Shown: positions 24,901 to 35,620 of the stretch, one piece after another
How the letters are laid out: every line of letters starts with the position of its first letter
How positions within the stretch are numbered: position 1 is the stretch's first letter
Assembly: GCA_973895155.1 (NCBI GenBank)
Contig: OZ316893.1
Location: 7,092,963-7,156,962, forward strand
Source of the DNA: Marsupella aquatica
Taxonomy: Eukaryota; Plantae; Marchantiophyta
Direction of reading: 5' to 3'
Length of the DNA: 64,000 nt
Translations under genes and position numbers: made by a program
Notes under the pieces: generated by a model
Told to the model about the DNA's origin: nothing
The model's input: only the letters and a program-made list of their open reading frames with translations
The model's database searches: none

Positions 24901-27900
24901 TTCTGGTCACTTGCATCCTTTTTCAGATGTACATTCATCCAGCATCAGGAGTGCCAGCCCTACCACTCCATGGTGCTACTACATGGCATCCAGACCAGGT
25001 GCACTTACCTCTGTCCAACACTCACCACTTCAGTCCAAGTGTTGGGGGGGAGGAGGTCCCTTGTAATGTGGCTGACATTATTTCTGAGTTTCATGGTGTG
25101 GAGCAGACCAGAGCAACAAATACAGCAGGCCTTGGAGAGGCCTCATCACCTTATCAGCAGCATGCTAGCAGCTTGGATAGTGGAGAGGCTGGCACTTCTG
25201 GCTCTTCAAGCATGAGTACATCAGGTCCTATTCCTAGTGTTGCCAACTACACATTCATCATGGGCAACCACCTGAGTAAAAGACAGAAGGACCAGCTGCT
25301 GAATTTTCTCCTCAAGCATGAGAATGTGTTTGCTTTCTCTATGAAGGACTTGGGTAAGTGCAAGACTATGCAGTTCTCCATTGAGTTGGCTGATGAAACA
25401 CCTATCTTCAGGCGGAGACACCGTTTGAGTAAGCATGAGTGGCAGCTGGTGGATGAGAGATGCCAAGAGCTCTATGAAGCTAGTCTTATTCAGCCATCTA
25501 CATCAGATTTTGCAGCAGCTACAGTGATGCCAGCAAAGAAGGATTCCAGTGGATTGTGGACAGAGAAGCGCATGTGTGGGGACTACAGGCCACTGAACCT
25601 GGTCACACCCCAGGATAGGTATCCCATGCCACGGCCAGAGGAGCTATTTGACAGCATTGGAGACTTAGACATCTTCACTCTTGTGGATCTAAGGCAAGGC
25701 TTTAACCAGATTTTGCTGCTTGCAAAGGACCGCAAGAAAACAACTTTCCATGGTAGGAACCAACTATGGGAGTGGTTGGTGATGCCATTTGGCTTGAAGA
25801 ATGCGCCCATATTCTTTCAAAGAGTCATGGACCAGGTTCTTCAAGGTGTTGAGTTTATGAAATGCTACATTGATGATGTGTTGGTCCACAGCAAAGGATT
25901 TGACCAGCATCTACTTGACCTTGAGGAGCTATTCATGAGGCTTAAGAAGGTGAATCTAAAGATACACCCCAAGAAGTGTGAATTTGCTGTCAGATCAGTA
26001 GTATACCTTGGGCACCGCATTCTTCCAAATGGAACCATGGCTCACTGGGCCAAGGTGGTATCCATCTTGGAAATGCCCACTCCTACCGATGTTCACACTT
26101 TGAGGAGTTTTATTGGGTTGTGCAATTACTACCGGATCTACATCAAAGATTTCAGTACCATTGCACACCCATTGTATGCTTTGTTGAAAAAGAATGTGAC
26201 TTGGACATGGAGTACAGATGCTGAGGCAGCATTTGCCACTTTGAAGGAGAAGCTCTCAGAATACCCGATGTTGAGAAGACCTAATTTCAGCAAGGTCTTT
26301 GTGCTACACACAGATTGGAGTGCCCTTGGGATTGGTGCCATTCTGGGCCAGCATGATGAGGAAGGTAAAGAGTACGTCATTGCCTATGCATCTAGGAGCA
26401 ACAATCAGGCAGAGAGTCATTATTCTTCTTATGAGGGTGAATGCCTTGCTGTTGTGTGGGCTGTCATACATTATAGGCCCTACCTCTATGGGACCAGGTT
26501 TGTTCTCTACACCGACCACCAGCCCTTGAAGTGGTTGATGACCAATGACAAGCTTACTGGCAAGCTTGCTCGTTGGGCGCTCATACTCTAGGAGTATGAT
26601 TTTGAGGTAATTCATAGGCCTGGTGTGACACATCAGAATGCTGACACTATGTCCCGCAACCCTTTGATTACCTCTGATGATTCCTCAGATGCACGACAAG
26701 ATTTTGACCAGATTTCCATCCTGCCTACATTTCATGCATCGACCTATCTTGCTTTGCTGCCATGCTATGTTGTTGACCAACCTGTGGTGGACATATGGGA
26801 GGACAGCAACACTCTGAGATTTCTGCAGCATGGGGAGTTACCCACACATGTTACTGCTGCCCAGAGAGACCGAATTCAGCAAAGGTCCAAGCGCTACTTG
26901 TGGAAGGGAGATCATCTCGTGCGCTGCTTGCCAGACAGGGAAGTGGTGGTTCCACCCATTCATGAGAGGGTTGGCCTTATCCGTAAGGTACATTCTGAGC
27001 TTGGTCATTTTGGCGTTAAGAGGACTTACAGCCTCTTGGTCCCTCATTATCATTGGAGAGGCATGCATGGCCAGGTTCGAGATGTTATTGCCCGGTGTGA
27101 ACAGTGTGATAGGGTGAGGACTTCTTTCACATCTCGGCAACCCACACTTCATCCACTCCCTATTCAGGGCATGTTTTATCGCTGGTCATGTGATTTGGCT
27201 GGAGAATTACCCCTCACATCTCGGGGTAATCTCTACATCATGATCATGATAGAGCATTTCTCCAAGTGGATAGAACTTGTGGCATTGCCGGATAAGACCT
27301 CCTGTAGCACCAGCCAGGCATTCCTGCAACAAGTTCTCAGCCGCTTTGGAGCTTGTGCAGAATGTCTCACTGACCAGGGCTCAGAGTTTAGAGGAGAGTT
27401 CCAGGAGCTGCTTGATCAGGCCCTCATTGATCATCGCCGGACATCACGAGATCACCCACAGGCAGATGGCTTGGCAGAGCGCATGGTTCAGACATGCAAG
27501 AAGGGTCTCCGGAAGATCTGCCTCACCAAAAACAAGGAGGATTGGGACCTGGCCTTACCCTACATTGCCATGGGGTATAGGATGTCCAGACATGCATCAC
27601 TGTCTAACTTTTCTCCCTACTTCTTGTTGTTTGGTCGTCACCCAGTTCCACCTTCTGCTATCGCTGCTCACATGCTTCAGGTGGTGGACTTGGATTCAGC
27701 TATGACTTGGTCTGATGTGATCTCTGAGAGGGCTACCCTATTCAGGAGGGTTATGCCCATGGCCATGGAGAATTTGGCCATTGCACAGCACAGGGACACA
27801 CTGCGTTATGCACACACACGAGGGGGCACTTTTCAGCCCAAGGTCAGGAAGTTTGATGTGGGAGATTTTGTGTACTTGCAGCGGCAAGCTAACGACACCC

Positions 27901-28085
27901 TGGACACCTCTACCAGTCGAACTATTCTCAGGGTTAAAGCTATTCGACCGTCTGGAGTGCTAGAGTTACAAGGGGCAGATGGGCGCACAATTGCTGACAA
28001 TGCCAAGAATTGCGCCCCTTGTCATCTGCCCAACCTAGATCCCACCATTGTGACTTCTACTTGGATTCCACTTGTGGACTACCCT

Positions 28086-28220
28086 TGCAAGGTGTGTTTG
28101 CGAATTGATGATGCTGACCAGATGCTGTTGTGTGACAATTGCAATGGAGGGTACCATCTTTTCTACCTTCGGCCTGAACTTACCCAGGTGCTAGAAGGGT
28201 TATGGTTTTGCCCTTCTTGT
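28086..28220 (+). other. PHD finger at the integrase C-terminus
   Basis: CKVC..DDADQMLLCDNCNGGYHLFYL.PEL....EGLWFCPSC gives C4HC3 spacing, with one ligand Cys read as Tyr. Confidence 0.9.
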
Positions 28221-29013
28221 GCTCCACGTGCTACCTGAATTTTCTTCAGCTCTCCTTTTGGCTGTGGTCTGGGGGGGATACAGAGGTTTACACCTCCACT
28301 ACATACATACCACTTCATTTGTTTTTTCTTGGCACTTGTGAATGTGATTGGACTTTTTCTATGCATGTTGGTTGCTAGCAGCTTGCACATATGCCTTGCC
28401 GGTGACTTGTATGTTTTTGATACACTATGGCTACGATACTATATGTCACGACAGTGACGCATACTATAGCTCAAATCGTAGATCGGGCAAAGTTGATCGT
28501 TTTGGTAGCTGGTTTGCTATCAAAGGTGTAGCGAGTGCGACGTTCCGAGCAAAAGAGCCGTTCTGAGTTTTTGACCGGCTATGAAGGTCTTCTTTTGACT
28601 GAAGTGGGGTTTCTTGTCGTTACGTTCGACTCAGAGGAAGATTCGTGAAGTACTATGACTTAAAGGAGAGATCGCGGCGAGGTGGTCATTTTGAGTCCGG
28701 GATTGGCACTTAACACGGAGTGAAGGAGTCATGACGGGAAGTTTTTACTCTGCTAGAGTTGCAGACGGCGCCGGTGAAATTTGGAAATATTTCCCGTTGG
28801 TGACGTGCACTTTTCTTGTGTGAAACGACGACATTTTCAGTAAGTAACACGGCAAATTTTTTTTGCGGCAACATTTGTGCGTTTTAAAGGGGTTTTAACC
28901 CCTTATGTGTATACATGTGCACCCACCCCCCCAGGCATACGATAACCCCCCCGGCGCGCGTACAGCGCCATATTCGCGCGCATATACAGTTCCCCCCCCC
29001 TCATTAAAGCCAC

Positions 29014-29292
29014 TTTAGGGCCTTGTGCCCTGGACATCCCCCCCCTCCCCCCTTTCGCTAGCCCTCCTCCCACCTCCTCATTAAAGCCACATAGGGCCTT
29101 GTGCCCTGGACATTCTCCTCCCCTTCCCCCCTCATTAAAGCCACATAGGGCCTTGTGCCCTATTTATTATCTCCCTCCCCTCCCCTCTTTTCTGCACGCC
29201 TCCCCTCCATCATATGGCCTTGTGCCCTAGCATAGGGCCTTGTGAGGCAATTAAAGAGGGGGAGCCAGGCCAGGAGGGCACGCTGCCCTATG
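29014..29292 (-). repeat. Right subterminal array of the same 17-bp motif in inverted orientation
   Basis: CATAGGGCCTTGTGCCC-type copies at 29014, 29090, 29144, 29211 and 29231 (partial), then one forward copy at 29276. Confidence 0.85.
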
Positions 29293-30003
29293 AGCCATTA
29301 AGGCAGAGTACACCCCCTCCCTCCCACCCACGTACGTATCCGCGCAGTACCCCATCCGCGTACTAGCGTACCCCTGGCCCTTAATACACTGTATTTTTTG
29401 AAAAGGGATTCCCCCCCCCTTTAGGGCAATTTTTTCTTCTTTCTCCTCTTTGCTAAGCGGCAACCCGGGCCCGGTGACCCGGCAATTTAACCGCTCTGAC
29501 AGGGGGAACGGCCCCCTGTGAGACCTGCCGCACAATCCAAGGAATATTCTGAAAAAATAGAGAACTATTTTTTGGCCTTTAGTCAAAGATTCCAAGGTCC
29601 GAACGGTAACTTTTTTTGGACCTTTTTTGGCGAGGACGTAGCCACTGAAGCTAGCAACGCGGTGCACCACTTGATTTGCATTTTTGATGACGGGTGGTAC
29701 TTGGAATTTTTCTTATTCCCCGAGGTGGTCAAAACGGGGGAGAATTTTTTGAGTTTTACCCACCCCGATCGAAATGTGAAAAAGTTTTTCATCGGAACTC
29801 GGTTTCAATTTCGGATTTCAGCATTGGCTTGCTAGGCTGGTGGGCTACGTGGCAGTGACAAGTTTCAAGTTTTTTGGAAAGTTGTGAAAAATGATATTTT
29901 TTCATGATTTGGATTTGAGTCAACGGGACGGAAGAAAGGAAAAAGCGACAAAAGGATATAGGGAGCAACAAAGAAATAGCATGTGGAGAATGTCGGGAGG
30001 ATA

Positions 30004-33000
30004 ATGATGGCATCCAAGTTTGGAGGTGTCAAGTTTGAGGTGGAAAAGTATGATGGGCACACGGATTATTTGCTATAGGAGAAGCAGGTTAAGGGAATTC
30101 TTCGTGCTATGGGCCTAGATCATCTACTATCGACTCGGGAGGAGTCTAATAGTGAGGAGGAGATCCCGTTGAGAAATAGAGGCAGGAGCAAGTGATCGTT
30201 GTGAATGCGGTTATGCTGTATCTGAAGCCGCATATCATTAAGAAGTTGGACGACTACGAGGATTGCGTATCCTTATTCAAGGCCCTCAGAGAGAAGTACT
30301 ACCGAGAGGATGCCTCAGATCGGTTGTACAAGAAGTCTCTCTTGATGAGCTTGAGGCTAAAAGAAGGAGGCAAGCTTCGAGATCACTTGGATGAATTCGA
30401 TAGCCTAGCTGTAGATTTATCAAATCTTGGCAAAGGAGTGGAAGATGAAGATAAGGCATTGCTTCTTCTCAGTTTCTTACCCCCATCGTATCAAGGTTTG
30501 AAGCAGGTTCTCTTATATAGAGACCTTAAAACCATTTCATATGATGAGGTGGTAAGCTCTTTGCTGTCAGATGATGCACAGAAGAAACTGGGTCATGCCT
30601 AGACACCATCTTCATCTGGCAGTGCATTGAATGTGAACCGCGGGAGGACTCGACAACGGATGACTGGCGAAAATAGGTTTTTTTCACAAACATACCCCTC
30701 ACGGAATAGAGGCAAGGAGAAGGCTCGGTCTAAGTCTAGATCCAGGTCTAGAGAGAAATCTCTAGAAAGGAAACCAATTATATGCTGGAAATGTAACAAG
30801 CCTGGCCACATAAAACGAGACTGTCGAGTCAAGCAGACTCATCAACCATCAGCGAACGCAGCCACTGATGTTGATATGATTGACTTGCTTGATGATGAAA
30901 TCTTGTGAAGTCCAGATATTGCCCTTTGCATTTCATCCAGTAACAACGGTGATGAATGGATTTTAGATTGTGCCTGTACCTATCATATTTTTTGTATGAA
31001 AGAGTTTTTTACTTCTTACTCAGTATCAACCGGTTCCATGTTGATGGAGAATGATCATCCTTGTCAAATTGTTGGAATTGGATCCGTGAAAATTCGGATG
31101 TTTGATGGAGCTGTGCGAACAGTGAGTAATGTCAGACACATACCTAACATGAAAAAAAACTTGATTTCTCTTGGAATGCTGGAAGCAAATGGATGTCGGT
31201 GGAGTTCTGCTGATGGTATTCTTCAAGTGTCAACCGGAGGCAAGGTTGTCATGAAGGGTAAGCAGCACAGAAATCTATATTTGTTGGAGGGCAATGTGAT
31301 TTGTGAAGAAGCCAATGTAACTAGATCTCAAGGCGAGATGACTCAGTTATGGCACTGCAGATTGGGACACATGAGTGAAAAGGGTTTGGCGGTACTTCAC
31401 AGGAAAGGACTTCTTTCTAATTTGGAATCTACTAAGCTAGATTTTTGTGAACATTGTGTGCTTGGGAAGCAGCACAGGAGAACCTTTGGTGTTGGAACTC
31501 ACAATACCAAAGCTATACTTGAGTATGTACATAGTGATGTGTGGGGTCCAGCCCCAACTCCCTCATTTTCTGGAAAATTGTACTATATCAGGTTCATTGA
31601 TAATTACTCACGGTATGTGTGGATCACATTTCTACACGCCAAGTCTGAATTTTTTGGCACTTTTAAGAAGTGGAAAGCCCAAATTGAGAATCAGACTGGA
31701 TCCAAGGTGAGATATCTGCAATCAGATAACGGCAGGGAGTACAATTCAAGTAAATTTGAACTATATTGTGCAGAGCAAGGGATTACTTGTCATCTCACGA
31801 CAATTTATACTCCTCAATAGAATGGTGTTTGTGAGTGGCTAAACCGAACACTATTGGAGCGATCGAGGAGTATGTTGAGCCAATCAGGTTTACCGCATGA
31901 ATTTTGGGCTGAAGCTATAAATACGGCAACTTATTTGGTAAATCTTTCTCCTTCAAGTGCAATCAATTTCAAGACACCGTTTGAAATGAGCTATGGACGA
32001 CACGCAGACTATCAGGTTTTGAGAGTCTTTGGAAGTGATGCATATGCTCTCACACCTAAGCATAATCGATCTAAACTAGATTCTACTTCCAAGAAGTGTC
32101 TTTTTCTTGGTTATCAACCAGGTGTGAAAGGTTACAGGCTATCTCGGGGGTTTCACTTCCACAAAAATGGCATATCACGTGCGACGAAGGATAGGGTCAT
32201 TTTATTGGTTCTAAGGGAAGACTTAAGAATTTTTGTAGAAGAATAATAGGGTCTTTTAAATTAAATTTTGAGACTTATAAGAACATTAGGGTATTTTTAA
32301 TCCAATTTTTAGAATATTCCAAGAATATTCCAACTTTATAGGGGTTAAAAAATAAAAAAATTTCCTTACATTTTAGGGGGTCCGAGGCCTAAAAACGTCG
32401 TAGGCGATGGGGAGGTCCCCATATAGTGAGACCCTCGAGCAGGCTATCGGATCCAGAAGCTTGTACATTGCTTGTCAGTAGAGATGTATCATTTAATGAA
32501 TCCAGATCATCAAAGGAGGGGGAGAATGCTCAGGCCTCCCGTACTAACAAAGGTAAATCTCCTATCCTGGACCATGTTGTGGGGGAGATTGGTCATGAGA
32601 GTTTTCATGACATAAATGAAGGAGGTGCTCCGAGAATGGAGGTGGTTCCGGTATTGGAACAAGAGGAGCAGGTTTTTGTTGGAATACCTCAAATTCAACC
32701 GACAGAACAAGATCAACCAGAATTATCAGCTAGAAAATCGAGACGTACTACTCGAGCTCCTACAATGTATGGACAATGGACAGATTCATCAAGGTTAGAT
32801 GATGTTGACATTGCACCTGAAGATGATGATAGAGCACTGATCTTGGAAGAAGGAGAACCTTCTTCTTATCATGAGGCGTGCATTTTAGACGAGAAAGATG
32901 AATGGAATGCAGCGATGCAGAGGGAGTTGCAATCTTTAAGTGACAACAGAACATGGGAGCTGGTGCAGCTGCCAAGTGATCAACAAGTGGTGGATAGCAA

Positions 33001-34449
33001 GTGGATTTACAAGCTGAAGGACAACTCTTCAGATGGAGGAGACAAGATATACAAGGCAAGGCTTGTTGCCAAGGGATTCACTCAAGAGAAGGGAGTGGAT
33101 TACAATGAGGTCTTCTCTCCAATTGCCAAGTATTCCATGATATAAATTTTGTGTCAACTTGTTGTGTTTTTTGATCTGGTGTTAGATCAAATGGATGTTG
33201 TTACTGCTTTTCTCTATGGCACCTTGGAAGAACAAATTTTCATGAGGCAACCACTGGGCTTTGTGAAGAAGGGCCAAGAGAGTTTAATTTGCAGGTTGCT
33301 TAAGTCCTTGTATGGATTAAAGCAAGCTCCTCAACAGTGGAACAAGCGGTTTGATGATTTCATGCTTGCAGAAGGATTCACTAGGATGGTGTATGACCCT
33401 TGTGTGTATACGAAATCAATCAAGAATGGTGTGTTTGGTTTGCTCATTCTGGTGCTCTATGTGGATGACATGTTGATTGCGGCTAAGGATCAAACTGAGG
33501 TTGACAAACTCAAAGCAAAATTGAGTTTTGAATTTCGAATGAAGGATCTTGGGAAAGCAAAAAGGATCTTAGGTATGGAGATTACGAGAAACTTTGAAAC
33601 TGGACAATTGTGGCTGAATCAAGGCAAGTATGCTGAAAGGTACTTGCAAGATTCAACATGGAAAATTGTAAGCCAGTAAGTATTCCTTTGGCTCCACATT
33701 TCAAGTTATCATCGGCTTTCTGCCCCACGGATCTAGTGGAGAGAGGCTTGATGACTAAGGTTCCTTATGAGAAGGCAGTGAGCAGTCTAATGTATTTGAT
33801 GACATGTACCAGGCCTGATCTAGCCCTAGCAATGGGCAAAGTGAGTAGATTCATGTCAAATCCAGGGAAGGTACATTGGGAGGCTGTGAAATGGATTATC
33901 AGGTATCTTAAAGGTACAATAGACTATGGTCTGTTGTTTGATAGTAAATCAAACAAAACCAAATCTTTGGTTGGCTATGTAGATTCTGACTATGGAGGCT
34001 GTCTGGAAATAAGGAGGTCAACGACTGCGTATGTGTTTACTCTTGGAGGAGGATGCATAAGTTGGAGATCTACCTTACAGAAGTGTGTATCTCAGTCTAT
34101 TACAAAAGCAGAATATGTTGCAGCATCAGAAGCAGGAAAGGAAGCAATTTGGTTGGATAAGCTGGTCACTGAGATGGGATTGGAGCATGGAAAAATGGCT
34201 CTTCATTGTGACAGCCAGAGTGCGCTTCACCTAGCTATTAACCAGGTGATGGATAGCAGGGTGAAGTGCATTGACATCAGGTACCATTTTATTAGGCAAG
34301 CAATGTCTGATAAAATGTTTGAGCTAGTCAAGATTGATGGAAAACTCAACCTGGCTGATGCTTTTACCAAAGTGATTCCTTGGAGAATTACTCAAGACAC
34401 CGTGCTACTTTGCAGGTTTTGCATTTGCAGCACAAGTAGAATAACTTAA
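30004..34449 (+). pseudogene. Copia A gag-pol
   Basis: MMASKFGGVKFEVEKYDG, CWKCNKPGHIKRDC, WILDCAC, HSDVWGP, YVDD and RNase H motifs. Multiple stops and frameshifts, plus a MITE insertion. Confidence 0.93.
32143..32439. mobile_element. hAT-like MITE in the Copia A integrase region
   Basis: 15-bp TIRs ctcgggggtttcact / agtgagaccctcgag (13/15 match). 8-bp TSD caggctat (32135-32142 / 32440-32447). Absent from the homologous position in Copia B. Confidence 0.88.
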
Positions 34450-34643
34450 CAAGATGTGATTTTTGTATATGATTTACTCAATCCTGTTATGGCTACGGCT
34501 TAATTCTAGTTAACTCTTAGTTAACCTTAAATGGTTTTTAGGGGGACACCTATGGTTTTAGGTGATTGTCTAGAATTTCCCGCTGAGTATCTCATATGGA
34601 TAGCAGAAATTGCAGTCCCCAAGACTAGAGTCAAGAGGGAGTT

Positions 34644-34975
34644 TGTTAAGGATTGCTCTTAGTCTTGTGACTCAAAGGTTACGGCACTTAGGCTAACCAC
34701 AGTTAGGGTCTTAGCTGAGGTTAGGTTAGTCGTGTGTGACCTTGTATATACCAGGGCTAGTGTAAGCCACTGGTTAGTGGTGCTTACTCATTGTAACGGA
34801 GCAACTTGAGGAAGAGGGAGAGCATGTGTGTTTGTTTACTCTTGAAGTAAAGCTTGAGTGTTCGTGTGGACGTAGCCTTGGAGAAGAGGTGAACCACGTA
34901 GAGATTGTGTCGATTACGTGTGCATGGAATAAGTCATGGTTGTATGGTCGTTGCGAATGACGTCTTAGTTCAACA
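34644..34975 (+). repeat. Copia A 3' LTR
   Basis: Direct repeat of 13505-13836, directly after the PPT. Confidence 0.95.
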
Positions 34976-35620
34976 ACCTCGAGAACCCATGACATCCCCA
35001 GACCCAGTTGAGCTCAAGAGGACGTAGCCCTCCTCAAAAGATTTTCAACGCACCCCAAGAAGTCCTCCAATAGACTTCCTGTTGGGAAGATATCGTTGTT
35101 TCCGTTTGGCGCTTTCCCTTAGTGTCGCGACCGCCATGGCTCACGACTTCGGCTCGCCCTTGGCCCCCAGGGAGACACCACTCCCCTCATATATGCTTTT
35201 GGAGACCTGCCACCCCAGACCAATTGTGGTCCCTAAACATTTGGCCTCCAACCCAGATCCTATCGCGCATAGTGGGCGCTACCAACTGGCAACGCCCATA
35301 ACTTTCTCGTTAGGCGTCCGCAAGCGGAGTGCCTTAGCCCGTTGTGATCGGGCCGACCTAGTGCTCATGCCTAGGCCCTCAGGTCTCATTGCCGCTTGGG
35401 GTCTCCAATCGGCCAAACCCGGATCGGGCCCTAACTCACGCCCCAAACATCCGTTGCCCATGGCGTCAACTCCATTGGCCTTGGGCCCAAGAGGAGCTCA
35501 CACTCAAGCCCTCAAAACTCAAAGTCCGTCCGGGGGCCCAAACGGTCGACCTTGAGTCCGGCCCCTTTCCCCTTGACCCGACCAGCTCTCAGCTCGCCTA
35601 AGTCCTTAGTGTGTCTCACC

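Larger units (their letters stand above)
22680..28238 (+). pseudogene. pol of the DNMT-Gypsy element: aspartic protease, C5 DNA methyltransferase, RT, RNase H, integrase, PHD finger
   Basis: One reading frame with in-frame TAG stops at 22884-22886 and 26589-26591. LDIGA ~23298; DNMT ~23970-24900; MPFGL and YIDD (25866); HTDWS..SYEGECLAV..TDH; HSELGH..CEQC, DLAG, TDQG, AERM; PHD 28086-28220. Confidence 0.93.
14231..29830 (+). mobile_element. Ty3/Gypsy-type retroelement encoding a C5 DNA methyltransferase and a PHD finger; no LTR pair; inserted in the Copia A leader
   Basis: Domain order gag-PR-DNMT-RT-RH-INT-PHD. Boundaries are inferred from the direct repeat gctagg (14226-14231 / 29831-29836); removing the insert rejoins hairpins in the Copia leader. 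Boundaries are less certain than the coding content. Confidence 0.8.
13505..34975 (+). mobile_element. Ty1/Copia LTR retrotransposon A (full length, interrupted)
   Basis: 332-bp LTRs 13505-13836 and 34644-34975 (TG...CA, 7 transitions counted). PBS tggtattagagc 13839-13850. PPT ~34627-34641. TSD atctc/acctc. The empty site (cacccgcaaacctcaag) is visible on the minus strand at ~39281-39297. Confidence 0.95.

Noticed and set aside
14171-29860. TGTCA...TGACA as the termini of the DNMT element
   Set aside because: The flanks (ggtga / agttt) are not duplicated. Better explained as a stem in the Copia A leader.
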